This document shows positions 1 through 9,754 of a DNA stretch of 64,000 nucleotides, piece after piece. The position numbers and the translations under genes are program-made. Each line of letters opens with the position of its first letter. Position 1 is the first letter of the stretch. The DNA is from Candidatus Kerfeldbacteria bacterium (GTDB lineage Bacteria; Patescibacteriota; Patescibacteriia; UBA10025; JAHIVO01). The notes under the pieces are model-generated. The model was not told where the DNA came from. It did no database searches and saw only the letters and a list, made by a program, of their open reading frames with translations. The stretch lies in the NCBI GenBank assembly GCA_016214565.1, contig JACROE010000002.1, forward strand, positions 600,007 to 664,006, written 5' to 3'.

Positions 1-61
1 CGATTAAGCCCAAGCCATAGACTGCCTCGCCGCCATGTTTATGCACGTTGACGTCCATCAT
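1..61 (-). CDS. 5' part of a small, probably membrane protein (runs off window edge)
   Basis: ATG at 61 opens MMDVNVHKHGGEAVYGLGLI to the window end; lies downstream of the YwbE-like gene on the same strand. Confidence 0.5.
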   Translation of the reverse strand, partial: MMDVNVHKHGGEAVYGLGLI

Positions 62-94
62 AGGACAGAGTGATTAGTAGTTAGTAATGAGTAA

Positions 95-286
95 TTAGTA
101 AATAATTTGTACCCGACCCACTTCGCCGGCTTCGAGCCGTACCTTAATCCCGTGCGGATGGGTGGGGGAGCTGGTCAGGATATCCCGCACTACGCCCTCG
201 GTTAATCTCCCCGTGCGCTGGTCTGCTTTTTGCACGATGGCGACTCGTAATCCCGGGAAAATGTTACCGCGGTTGTGGGGGTTCAT
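95..286 (-). CDS. YwbE-family (DUF2196-like) small protein
   Basis: Motifs KADQRTGRLTEGVVRDILT and HPHGIKVRL..GEVGRV; start placed at MNPHNR. Confidence 0.85.
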   Translation of the reverse strand: MNPHNRGNIFPGLRVAIVQKADQRTGRLTEGVVRDILTSSPTHPHGIKVRLEAGEVGRVQIIY

Positions 287-431
287 ATCGTGCATTTTAT
301 GCTTTATGGCTGGCAAAAACAAGGCATGGGGTTTAGGCTGAGAGTCTTGACAGTCCGCATCCTTTCTGGTACGGTGTCTGGAAAATTACTGAAACTCAAT
401 AATCTGTTGTAACCATTAATGGAGGTGTTCT

Positions 432-1382
432 TTGAAACACTATTACTCTCTCCTGATCGCGCTGGTAGCGATGATCGCTCTGCTTGGTTGTTCGTCAAAA
501 AACGACAGCACTAAACAGCAGCCCGTACCGCAGTCGGCGCAGTTTGAGCCCCCGACTCAGCCGAGCGTCACTATTCTCAAGCCGATCATGCCGGACAATC
601 CGGAAGATCTCAAGCTGACCGCGGAAGAGCAGAAAGTATTTGATTTCTGCGATTCCAGCCTCGCCCTCGTTGCCCGGAAAAGCCTTAAGGCTGATTCTCT
701 CCTGGAGTTCTATCGTAGCCACGGTATCCCGGCCCGATTCTTGGGCGACGGCCAGATCAAGATACTGAGCATGAGTGCGGACTCGCTGTTCTTCTTCGTT
801 TTCGTGAATCAGTCCGGTGACTCCACTATCGGCGCTCAAGAGGCGAAGATAGCTGCTACCTTCTCGATTCCGGCGCGTTCGCTCGGTGTGGAGATGTGTG
901 GATTCTCGAAATTCATCCAGGGCATGATGCTGTCCCATGAGCTGAGTCACGCGGTTGACTGCCTGATGAACCATGAGCCGGATTCACCGCCGCTGTCACC
1001 TGACTGGCTGATGGGTGAGCTGCGCGCACACCATGCCACGTATACGATTCTGAATGAGTTCAGTCAGCAGGCCTGGCAAAAAGCCGTCCGGGAAAGCCGC
1101 GAAGAGCGTCTGCAATCCGCGCTGGCTGGCGGGCATTCAAACCAGTCGTTCACGATTGGCTTCATGCCTGGAGATTCGGTTCGTGTCGCTCGCTTCATGA
1201 AGGCGATCAAGCTGCCTTGGTCCATGCAGGATTTCAATGTTCTGGCCACCTGGATGATCGTTGATGCCAATCTGCTCAATGTCACCATCGTCGCCGGCGA
1301 CAACGACCAGAATCGTCTGAACGGCATGATGATGTTCCTCGAGCAGTTCTACGGCCAGATGATGCAGAAGATGGCGCCGTAG
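432..1382 (+). CDS. Lipoprotein with zincin-like HExxH motif (putative metalloprotease)
   Basis: GGAGG SD before TTG; lipobox LLGC; HELSH plus downstream GELRAH; TTGACA promoter near 347. Confidence 0.65.
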   Translation: MKHYYSLLIALVAMIALLGCSSKNDSTKQQPVPQSAQFEPPTQPSVTILKPIMPDNPEDLKLTAEEQKVFDFCDSSLALVARKSLKADSLLEFYRSHGIPARFLGDGQIKILSMSADSLFFFVFVNQSGDSTIGAQEAKIAATFSIPARSLGVEMCGFSKFIQGMMLSHELSHAVDCLMNHEPDSPPLSPDWLMGELRAHHATYTILNEFSQQAWQKAVRESREERLQSALAGGHSNQSFTIGFMPGDSVRVARFMKAIKLPWSMQDFNVLATWMIVDANLLNVTIVAGDNDQNRLNGMMMFLEQFYGQMMQKMAP

Positions 1383-1577
1383 TATCTACGGTTCAATGAC
1401 CGTTCAATGTCCAACAAATCCCCAATCGTTTCGGCGAGCGGGGATTTATTATTCATGATTTTTCGGGGTGTTTGATTAAGTCAATTTTAAAGCCCGGCGT
1501 TTAGCCGGGTTGTTTTGTAGGTAGAAATAAGACAGGGGATGATAGGGGGTAATTATTTTTTTCATATGATTGTATAA

Positions 1578-2306
1578 TTATTGATTTGATTTTAGCAAAT
1601 GACAACTCCAATTTTTTCTTAAATATTTTAAAATCAACAACCACGTCTGATCAATAATGTTATTTGGTGAATCAAAATCTTTTCTGATAGTCCCATTCGA
1701 TCCGATTGATCCGGAGGTAACAATACGCCAATCAATATACTGATTCTGTTTGCCTACTTTAGGAAATCGCATTCGATCATAACTTCCTGAAATTATTATA
1801 GTAGGCGGCACTCGGCCATGTAACAATTTATTTCGATAATTTCGAATAGTTTTTAAAGGGTCGCCATGATTTTTTCTCCATTTCGTTCTCGCACGTAAAC
1901 CTTCAGTTTCAGTCCAGGGTGGATATTTAGTTGGATCAATGAATCTTTCAAGTAGCTCATCTGCACAATCAATCGCCCCAACAAATCGAGCAAATGCTTC
2001 CGTAAATAAATCACGCCCATTTTCAGGTAAAAATGGTTTAATTTGTCTTATGTCATAAACCCTTATTAGATGAAGAAGAATTGTATAATGAAGCTGTGAA
2101 ATACACAAATCATTTGGCGTCTTTTGTATTGAAGATAATTCTTCATTGGATTGAAAGTGTATATCAGTAGGATTAGAGGATCTATTGGTAACTGGGGTAA
2201 CAAATGTTTGCCAAAATTTTTCGTACTCGAGAAATTCTTGAGCAATAAATAATGCATAATATTTTTGTTCATACCAGTCGCCATGTTGTTGTAATGTATA
2301 GTTCAT
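1578..2306 (-). CDS. Hypothetical protein, possible HEPN-like RNase
   Basis: 242-aa AT-rich ORF; RNKLLH matches the Rx4H HEPN pattern. Confidence 0.6.
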   Translation of the reverse strand: MNYTLQQHGDWYEQKYYALFIAQEFLEYEKFWQTFVTPVTNRSSNPTDIHFQSNEELSSIQKTPNDLCISQLHYTILLHLIRVYDIRQIKPFLPENGRDLFTEAFARFVGAIDCADELLERFIDPTKYPPWTETEGLRARTKWRKNHGDPLKTIRNYRNKLLHGRVPPTIIISGSYDRMRFPKVGKQNQYIDWRIVTSGSIGSNGTIRKDFDSPNNIIDQTWLLILKYLRKNWSCHLLKSNQ

Positions 2307-2320
2307 TTGCGTACTAATTA

Positions 2321-2791
2321 TTACGATTTTCTTCCTCTTTGAGTCTCTTGATCCCTGTAATATTGGGGATTGTCACCAATAACTCGTATCAAATGATCTT
2401 TAATAATCAAATAAATTAATTTGTTGCGAAAAGTCCTGATTGGTCGAGCGGCGATCCACCCTTTATCAGTTTGTTCAGGTGAAATCAAACTTAATTCTTT
2501 TAATTTATTATCCATGACATTAAGCCAATGCCTTGCTTGGCCTCCAAAAGTTAGGGCATAATGCTCACCTTCCTTGCCATAGCGTAATGGTAATTCTTTT
2601 GATGCATTCCAAATATTAACAAATCTATCAGCGTAATAAGTGCCCCAGCCATTATCTCTAGTATTACGATTATCTTTTAATAGCCATTTGGAAATTATTA
2701 GCGCTTTAAAGATACTTGGCAGTAGTACTATGACTACCAGAACGATTACTTCCCAGAGTAAATTTTGCCAAAGCCAAATGAGTATATTCAT
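2321..2791 (-). CDS. Hypothetical protein with N-terminal TM helix
   Basis: 156-aa AT-rich ORF, hydrophobic N-terminus, 14 bp upstream of the next ORF. Confidence 0.6.
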   Translation of the reverse strand: MNILIWLWQNLLWEVIVLVVIVLLPSIFKALIISKWLLKDNRNTRDNGWGTYYADRFVNIWNASKELPLRYGKEGEHYALTFGGQARHWLNVMDNKLKELSLISPEQTDKGWIAARPIRTFRNKLIYLIIKDHLIRVIGDNPQYYRDQETQRGRKS

Positions 2792-2818
2792 GGGTTTATT
2801 TAATTGTTTTTTTAATCC

Positions 2819-3772
2819 TTACCTCCCCGGCGATGATTTGAACAGCATGAGATAGGAGCCTTCGGATAGTTTGATGACGGACGGGTCGGCGGTGATATTG
2901 CCGAGGTCGCGATCCTCGAAGCGGATACCGGCTGGGGTGAAGGTCAGTCCGTCGGTGGAAGTGGCGATGCTGATACCGGCGGTGTAGAGATACCATTGGT
3001 CATTTTCGTGCCAGACGTCAGGTACTGCGCCGCCGGTGAAGGCGACACCGCGCTCGGTGAAGGTTAGTCCGTCGGTTGACGTTGCCACGATGACTTTATT
3101 TCCCTCGACATCGCCGCCGTAGAGATACCAGGTGTCGCCGACTTTTTCCACGTCAGGGTCGAATATGCCTCGTCGCTCAAACCGGATGCCATCCTCTTGG
3201 GTGAAATTCACGCCATCATAAGAAATGGCTGAGTAAATCTTGTTGGTTGGCTCGATGCCGTTGGCTGGCCGATTGATGCGGGATTCATTGATATCAAAAT
3301 AGAACAGGCGAATCCGCCCATCAGCCAGGAGTACGGGAGCTGGATCGGCGGTAGCTTTATCACCTAGGCCGGTGATGGTCAGCAGCTGCCGTTCGCTCCA
3401 GGTCTGGCCATTGTCGGTTGATTTCACCATGCCCAGCTGCTCTTTGACGCCGTCAGTGGTCACGTCCACGAAGTAGACATAGATCGTGCCATCCTTGATG
3501 ACCGCGCCCGGCACCGAGGCGTGCTCGGCCAGTATTTTCCCCGAGGGGGTCCAGCTGGTCAGAGTGGAGCCGGTGGCAAAGGATATTTTGTCGCGGTACG
3601 GCCCTTGATTCATGCCTGACCAGTTGTATTGGTTTGGGTCAGCCGCTTGCTGGTTGCTGGTTTTGGTATTGGTGGTCGCGGTGTTATTGTTGTTGTTTGT
3701 AGTTTTAGTGCAGGCAGACACGATAAAGGCGAGGCACACGATGATTCCCAAGAGGAGGATTTTTTTAGTCAT
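2819..3772 (-). CDS. Lipoprotein, beta-propeller (sialidase/GH43-like) with Asp-box repeats
   Basis: Lipobox VSAC, Asn/Thr linker, repeated S-x-D-G-x-T-F/W boxes (STDNGQTW, SYDGVNF, STDGLTF twice), ADPAP and DPSV motifs. Confidence 0.75.
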   Translation of the reverse strand: MTKKILLLGIIVCLAFIVSACTKTTNNNNNTATTNTKTSNQQAADPNQYNWSGMNQGPYRDKISFATGSTLTSWTPSGKILAEHASVPGAVIKDGTIYVYFVDVTTDGVKEQLGMVKSTDNGQTWSERQLLTITGLGDKATADPAPVLLADGRIRLFYFDINESRINRPANGIEPTNKIYSAISYDGVNFTQEDGIRFERRGIFDPDVEKVGDTWYLYGGDVEGNKVIVATSTDGLTFTERGVAFTGGAVPDVWHENDQWYLYTAGISIATSTDGLTFTPAGIRFEDRDLGNITADPSVIKLSEGSYLMLFKSSPGR

Positions 3773-3793
3773 AGGTGGAGGGTTGGTGATTTT

Positions 3794-4243
3794 TTAATCA
3801 ATTTTCTGTTGTTCCCTATAAATCGCTGCGATGGTCGCGCCGTAGGCCAGCCATTCTACCAGGCCCTGCACGGTGAAGTAAAGCAGGGCGCCGGTGGCAA
3901 TGTTTGTCATGAGGTAGAGCGTGGTCATGGGTGGGATAACGCCAATGAGCCAAGCGAATAATCCGAAGACCAAGCCTTTGCGTACGCCCTGGCCGGGGAT
4001 GCCCGAATACAGTATGGCAAAAACCCAGGCGAAGACCAGCGCCAGGGTGATATTCATGAGGAGGAGGATGGGCCAGCTGACGGGGATATCCAGGCCCATC
4101 GCTGGCGTCCATTTCCAGACGTCAGTCGGCGCCAGCCTGAAGATGTCGCCGAACAGCAGATAGCTGCCGCCGCCGATAATGAAACTCAAGAAATTAATGG
4201 CAAGACCGGCTCCAATAACCCGCCGGTAATTTATTGTTCGCAT
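3794..4243 (-). CDS. 4-TM membrane protein (DUF1761-like)
   Basis: Four hydrophobic segments; KGLVFGLFAWLIG motif. Confidence 0.7.
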   Translation of the reverse strand: MRTINYRRVIGAGLAINFLSFIIGGGSYLLFGDIFRLAPTDVWKWTPAMGLDIPVSWPILLLMNITLALVFAWVFAILYSGIPGQGVRKGLVFGLFAWLIGVIPPMTTLYLMTNIATGALLYFTVQGLVEWLAYGATIAAIYREQQKID

Positions 4244-4380
4244 GTTTTGAGTGTTAGTGACACATCAATTCTATTCCAACCCAAACTCTAATACAAGTCA
4301 ACGCTTATCGTGCATATTTTGCATATCTATCCGTCATTTCGCGAGAGTCCGAGCCATTGAGGCTGGTAGATGATTTTGAG

Positions 4381-4773
4381 TTATGGCTTTTTATTATATA
4401 TCAGGGGCCCTACTGCCAGGCCGACGAATATCAGGTAGGTGCTCCACTGGCCGAAGACGGCGCTGGTCGTTTGATTGGGGATGGTAATCATCAGCAGGAG
4501 CACGGCAATTTCAATAGCCCAGACAATGCCGTTGGTGAATGCTTGCTGCATTGAGGCGGGCTTCAGCCACTGCGTCAGCCACCAGGTGCAGGCAGCCATA
4601 ACCAGGGCGACGATGATGCCGACCCACCAGTAGTCAAAGGGTTGCTCCGTGCCAGCCACGATTGAGAGAATGAAAAAGAGGATATTAGTAACGACAAAGA
4701 GCACCAGGCCAAAGAGCAGCACGATGATCCATCGTTTGTTTTGTTTTGGCTGGGGGGTGGTTGGCGAATCCAT
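4381..4773 (-). CDS. Membrane protein
   Basis: Start placed at MDSPTTP; four hydrophobic segments. Confidence 0.7.
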   Translation of the reverse strand: MDSPTTPQPKQNKRWIIVLLFGLVLFVVTNILFFILSIVAGTEQPFDYWWVGIIVALVMAACTWWLTQWLKPASMQQAFTNGIVWAIEIAVLLLMITIPNQTTSAVFGQWSTYLIFVGLAVGPLIYNKKP

Positions 4774-4808
4774 ACGCGTTTGTTTATTAATGAAAATGAT
4801 TGATAGGA

Positions 4809-5558
4809 CTAATTGATAATTATCCAATCCTCGGGATGGTCATGGTCATTGAGCTGGGCAGCTTGCGCGCCGTTGGCAGTTTCTAGCTTACAGGGGTTCG
4901 CGTCGCGGTACTCTTTGGTATAGCTTAGGTCGCTTCGCGTTTTAATATTGTCGGAAATGTACTGATTAAATGCTTCATCAGACATGTGGTTGAAGATTGA
5001 GTCTAGCGCGCCGAAGGGTGATTCGTAGCCGTCGATAATTTTTGTGCCAGCACCAGCGGTAGCATAGACGAGATCGATGCCATTAGTGGCGACGTGGCCG
5101 ATCAGTTCACCTGCTTTTACTTTGTCGCCCTCTGAGAGCGTATCAAGCGGCACGAGGTGTTCGAAGCTAGCATTCCAGTCGCTCCCTTTTTGCCCGAGCC
5201 ACATTTCGCCCTCCAGGCCCTGGGATGGATTGCTGAAGATGCTCATTATTTCACCGTCAAAGGGTGCGTACACTTCCACCTGCTTGCCCTTGTATTCAGG
5301 TTTCAGCATGAGATAATGCTTCATGTTGCGTAGCCGCTCGCTCTCGTCCTGCGGCACCACCACGTGTCCCTGGCAACTGCGGAATTTTGAAATTTTTTCC
5401 ACTTTACTGGTATCGATGAAATTAGCGGTGAGCTCGGGCGGACCGGATGTGCCTTTATCCATTTTCCAGACAAACACACCGCCCACGCCGATGAGGAAAA
5501 TGACGATGGCTATCCACCAGAAGCGTTTGAGGAATGGTTTTTTTAGTGGGGTGTCCAA
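4809..5558 (-). CDS. Membrane-anchored protein with M23/LytM-like fold
   Basis: N-terminal TM; KHY..VYAPFDG..FEHL..GDKVKAGELIG resemble the M23 peptidase scaffold. Confidence 0.6.
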   Translation of the reverse strand: MDTPLKKPFLKRFWWIAIVIFLIGVGGVFVWKMDKGTSGPPELTANFIDTSKVEKISKFRSCQGHVVVPQDESERLRNMKHYLMLKPEYKGKQVEVYAPFDGEIMSIFSNPSQGLEGEMWLGQKGSDWNASFEHLVPLDTLSEGDKVKAGELIGHVATNGIDLVYATAGAGTKIIDGYESPFGALDSIFNHMSDEAFNQYISDNIKTRSDLSYTKEYRDANPCKLETANGAQAAQLNDHDHPEDWIIIN

Positions 5559-5568
5559 ATTTTATTTA

Positions 5569-6087
5569 TTATGGGACAAAATTAATAAAGGGATCGTCTT
5601 CATTATAGTTTATTTCCTTACCTTGGCCATCGATACAAGTAACTTTTGCGTAATCTTTACCGTCAATTTGCTTTCCAGCTTTAGTTATATTACATGTAGT
5701 CGGTGGGACTAAATGACTGGCTGTGTCACGTGGTTTCTTATCGAAAATTGTAATATAGTGGCTGCAGAGGCCCGTAACATATCCTTCGCTATCGTGGTGC
5801 AGATTATCCCAAGCACGACCTATGGGGAAGGCAAAGTCGGGTAGGTAGCAATCATCTGATTCACAGACGCTATTCTCGCGGCAGATTGAGCCCCCATCAG
5901 TGGTTTTCTGGAGGCACTGGCGGGACGGCTGGTCGTATGAACGGCCAGGCTCAGTTTCGCATTGCATACGTTCGCGCCAGGCGATGCCAAATGGGCTGAT
6001 GAAGAGGGAAGTACCAGCTATGGCGAAGATGATGATAAGGACCAACCAGTAGCGTTTGAAAAAAGAAGTATGTGGCTGAACGTCCAT
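5569..6087 (-). CDS. Membrane-anchored Cys-rich hypothetical protein
   Basis: Start placed at MDVQPH; TM followed by a domain with 8 Cys. Confidence 0.65.
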   Translation of the reverse strand: MDVQPHTSFFKRYWLVLIIIFAIAGTSLFISPFGIAWRERMQCETEPGRSYDQPSRQCLQKTTDGGSICRENSVCESDDCYLPDFAFPIGRAWDNLHHDSEGYVTGLCSHYITIFDKKPRDTASHLVPPTTCNITKAGKQIDGKDYAKVTCIDGQGKEINYNEDDPFINFVP

Positions 6088-6091
6088 ATAT

Positions 6092-7381
6092 TTATCTTTC
6101 GTACTCAACAAAATTTTCGCCTAGGTCCCAGGGGCCGGTACCGCAACGGCTGCTTGAATTTTTCTTGATGCGCAATGTTTCCGCGGTAGGCATGGTTGCC
6201 AGAATACTCATGCGGGCGCCACCTCCACGATAGCTTGTCGTGTCATAGCAGTAGATCGTGCCGTCAGCGGTGACCTGGCTGAAATCCCGATTGATTGTCC
6301 CACTGGAGGCCGGGACAAAGCTATAAAAACCGCTTTCGATGCCTGCGCTGCTTGCCGATGTTCCGACTGAGAAAACTTGTTTGTCGGTTTGGATATTATC
6401 ATAGGCGAGTGCGAGATGCGGGTCTTCACCCTGGAGCTGACCCTGTAGATCATAGAACCACACGCCCTGGGCGGTTCCGACTATGTCCACATCCACCGTG
6501 CCACAGCGCGGCTCTTTCGTCCGCTTGCCATTATCCGGCCCGATTATTAAGTCGTAGTACTGATCTTTTTGTTCAGTCGGGTAGTAGTCCAAAAAGCACG
6601 AAACGAAATTTCGATCTGTGGACCATCGATCTGGGTTGGCGCGATTTACTTGTGGTTCGCGGTAGTCACTTAACCAGATGTCGAGCATGGCTGAACGTCC
6701 ATCGCCGACGGTGCCGATTTCCTCACCGGCATTAACTTCGATGTTCATCCCCATATAGCTACAGCTGCGATAGGTCTTGCCGCCTGTTTCATATTCATTA
6801 CAATTCTTTTCCAGCGCGTCCATTTCCGCCTGAATGTTCTGCGCAATTGATCCGATGTGTCCGAATTTTCCTTTCACCTCTTTGCACGGTGAGAATTCGA
6901 TGGAGTAATCAGTGATTCCGCCACTTTCCTCACTCGACTGGACGCCGACGATCCACATATCCGCTGGTGCGATCAGTGGTTTCGCATTTGATTTCAATCC
7001 TGGGGTGAAATATTGCGCGTCGGTGGTTGCCACATACAGGTGATCCGTGGGCAGGGTGTGGCCGGTCGGATTCAGATTACCCAGTGCCGTAATTTGGTAG
7101 AAATCTCCGTCTTTGAGGGGAAACACAGTGAAGAGCTCCTTGGTAGTATTGCACGAAGGGAGCGAGTCTTGCGGTTGGGTTAATTCATTTGTTGTATTGG
7201 TATTTGTTTGCGCCGTTTGATCTGTCGGCGAATCAACAAAGGTGTTTACTGAAGTATTGGTATTATCCGCATTTTTTTGTGGGATGTTCATGACAATAAT
7301 AAGCACTACCACGGGGATCAGTAGTATCCACCAGAAGCGTTTGAGGAATGACTTTTTTTGCTTGGCAGGAGGCATGTCCAT
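6092..7381 (-). CDS. Membrane-anchored protein with M23/LytM-like fold and Asn/Thr linker
   Basis: N-terminal TM, NTNT linker, DHLY..PLIAPAD..FGHI..VNAGEEIG; resembles 4809-5558. Confidence 0.6.
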   Translation of the reverse strand: MDMPPAKQKKSFLKRFWWILLIPVVVLIIVMNIPQKNADNTNTSVNTFVDSPTDQTAQTNTNTTNELTQPQDSLPSCNTTKELFTVFPLKDGDFYQITALGNLNPTGHTLPTDHLYVATTDAQYFTPGLKSNAKPLIAPADMWIVGVQSSEESGGITDYSIEFSPCKEVKGKFGHIGSIAQNIQAEMDALEKNCNEYETGGKTYRSCSYMGMNIEVNAGEEIGTVGDGRSAMLDIWLSDYREPQVNRANPDRWSTDRNFVSCFLDYYPTEQKDQYYDLIIGPDNGKRTKEPRCGTVDVDIVGTAQGVWFYDLQGQLQGEDPHLALAYDNIQTDKQVFSVGTSASSAGIESGFYSFVPASSGTINRDFSQVTADGTIYCYDTTSYRGGGARMSILATMPTAETLRIKKNSSSRCGTGPWDLGENFVEYER

Positions 7382-7442
7382 ACCATAGTATCATCCCTCT
7401 TTTTGTATGAACTGGCAAATAGTTGGTTTGCGTCAGGCGGTC

Positions 7443-7471
7443 TTGACAAAGTGCGGCGGAGGTGGTATCCT
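7443..7471 (+). promoter_or_regulatory. Sigma70-type promoter for the 7521 ORF
   Basis: TTGACA-17bp-TATCCT with extended TG. Confidence 0.6.
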
Positions 7472-7520
7472 GCTGTGTTAATTGAGGATGTTCATTCGTA
7501 TATAACCATGGAGGTATCAA

Positions 7521-7823
7521 ATGACCACAATGGTCGTCTGTCGAGTTGAGGGGACTAACATTTGTAGTATCCCTAACTGTCATCAGCAGTTTGGTGATGG
7601 TGACACGGTCTGTGGTGGCGGACACGAAATCGGTCAGGAATATCCTATCGATTTTCCCAGCCCTACCACTGAGTTGCCAGTTCAGCAGCCTGCAGACAGA
7701 TCCACTGCGTCTGTCGAGTGCTACGCTGATGGTAATAATTGCTCCATATGCCATCAGATGTTTCCTGAAGCAGATGATACGTGTCCGACTGGACACACGA
7801 TTGGTCAGTTCTACACCAAGTAG
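7521..7823 (+). CDS. Small protein with two tandem Cys/His metal-binding repeats
   Basis: GGAGGT SD; duplicated unit C..G(T)N.CSI..CHQ.F...D..C..GH.IGQ.Y. Confidence 0.7.
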   Translation: MTTMVVCRVEGTNICSIPNCHQQFGDGDTVCGGGHEIGQEYPIDFPSPTTELPVQQPADRSTASVECYADGNNCSICHQMFPEADDTCPTGHTIGQFYTK

Positions 7824-7903
7824 GATTAACCATCAATCATCTCTCCACAAATCAAAACGGCCGCCTTACCAGCAGCCGTTTTCTTTTTGGCAATGATGAG
7901 CCA

Positions 7904-9670
7904 TTACACTTCAATTACTACCGGCAAAACCATTGGTCGGCGTTCCGTCTTGGTAAAGAGGAACTGACCAATCTGATCACGGATTTTATTCTTGATGAAC
8001 GCCTCATCTGCCTGGGCGCGAGATTCTTGATCCTTGAGGATCTTGATTACCTTTGTCCGCACCGCACCAAGCAATTGCTGGCTATGCTTCATGTAGATGA
8101 AGCCGCGAGAGATGATGTAGGGATTTTCCATGCCGCCGTTTTTGACGAGCGCGCCGGTTTTCTTATCGATGGTGACGATGATGACAAACATGCCATCCTC
8201 AGCCAGCATCTGGCGATCCCTGAGCACGACGTGGGAGATATCTCCGACGCCGAGGCCGTCAACGAAGACATAGTCTGAAGGGACTTTTTTCTCCAATGAC
8301 TTGGCTCCCTGGGGGGTGACTTCCAGCACTTGGCCGTTATCGAGAATAAAGACGTGATCCTTGGGATAGCCGCGGCGGGTAACCAGCTTTTCAGCTTCCT
8401 TGAGGAAGTAATGATTGGCGTAGACCGGCAGGAAATAGGTCGGTTTGATTTGCTTCACCACTTCGATCAGGTCGGCGGCAGTGCTGTGTCCGCTCGAGTG
8501 AATATCCATGATGTCGCTGTGCACCACATTGTCGCTCATGCGATACATATTGTCCTTCAACCGCTGGATTGTCCGCTCGTTGCCCGGAATGACCGAGGAG
8601 GAGAATATAATCGTGTCCGTTTTTTTCACTTTGACGAAGCGGTGGCTGCCATTGACGATGCGAGAGAGGACGGCATTGGGTTCGCCCTGGGCGCCGGTGC
8701 AGAGGACGACGATACGCCGCTCGGGGAATTTACTAATTTGGTCAATCGGAACGAGAGTATTTCGACCCGGTTTGATATAGCCAAGTTTTTGCGCTACATC
8801 AATGTTCAGTTTCATGCTGTAGCCATCCAGGGCGACTTTCTTGCCCAAACTGCCAGCGAATTCGAGGACATGTTTGATGCGTTCGATCTGGGAGGAGAAG
8901 GTGGCGATGATGACACGGCCAGGGGCGTCCTGGATGAGGCGATTCAGATTGTCGTGCATGACGCGCTCGGGCACTCGCTCCTTGGTATTGGTTGACCCGA
9001 GACTTTCCAGCATCAGCACGGTCGGTTTGGGAAGCTTGGCGAGCTGATCATAGTGCACCATGGCGCGACCAATGGGATTTTTTTCATAGGTCCAGTCGCC
9101 CGGATGGATGACCGTACCCGCCGGGGTTTTCAGAATGACGCCGACCGCATCCATGATCGAGTGGTCGACGGGGAAATAGGTGGCAGTAAAAGCGCCCAGG
9201 CGATGCTGGTCAGTGACGCGACTGATCGTGATGGTGCGCAGATGCTTGGCGCCGCCTTTGCGAAAGTCCTCCACGCGGTTTTTTACCAAGGCCAAGGTGA
9301 GTGGCCGGCCAATGATCGTGGGGTTTTTTAGTTTTTCCAGCAAAATAGGTGCCGCACCGATGTGGTCGAGGTGGCCGTGGGAGAAGATGACGGCGCGGAT
9401 GTTTTTTTCTTTTCCCTGGAGATAGGCGACATTGGGCACGATGTAGTCGATGCCCGGCATGTCCTCTTCAGGGAATTGGACGCCCATATCAACAATGACG
9501 ATGTCATTGCCGTATTCGAAGATGGTCATGTTGCGACCGACTTCCTCCTGGCCCCCGAGGGGGATGATGCGAAGGGCTTGGCCGGACGGCTTACCCGATG
9601 AGTGCGTTGATGACTGGGGTGAGCGCGGGGGTTGATGAGATTGATGACGAGGTCTGAAATTTTTTTTCAT
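7904..9670 (-). CDS. rnj: Ribonuclease J
   Basis: IIPLGGQEEVGRNM, HGHLDHIG metallo-beta-lactamase motif, HSSGH, C-terminal RRPMVLPVVIEV. Confidence 0.95.
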   Translation of the reverse strand: MKKNFRPRHQSHQPPRSPQSSTHSSGKPSGQALRIIPLGGQEEVGRNMTIFEYGNDIVIVDMGVQFPEEDMPGIDYIVPNVAYLQGKEKNIRAVIFSHGHLDHIGAAPILLEKLKNPTIIGRPLTLALVKNRVEDFRKGGAKHLRTITISRVTDQHRLGAFTATYFPVDHSIMDAVGVILKTPAGTVIHPGDWTYEKNPIGRAMVHYDQLAKLPKPTVLMLESLGSTNTKERVPERVMHDNLNRLIQDAPGRVIIATFSSQIERIKHVLEFAGSLGKKVALDGYSMKLNIDVAQKLGYIKPGRNTLVPIDQISKFPERRIVVLCTGAQGEPNAVLSRIVNGSHRFVKVKKTDTIIFSSSVIPGNERTIQRLKDNMYRMSDNVVHSDIMDIHSSGHSTAADLIEVVKQIKPTYFLPVYANHYFLKEAEKLVTRRGYPKDHVFILDNGQVLEVTPQGAKSLEKKVPSDYVFVDGLGVGDISHVVLRDRQMLAEDGMFVIIVTIDKKTGALVKNGGMENPYIISRGFIYMKHSQQLLGAVRTKVIKILKDQESRAQADEAFIKNKIRDQIGQFLFTKTERRPMVLPVVIEV

Positions 9671-9754
9671 GTGATTATTAGTTCTGCCCGGGTATCTGTC
9701 CAACGAGTGCCGGAGAGGTACAGGAACAGTATTAGTTTTAATAGTAATTAGTAG

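Noticed and set aside
7736-7760. CxxCH as a c-type cytochrome heme site
   Set aside because: No export signal, and the sister repeat has different spacing (CSIPNCH).
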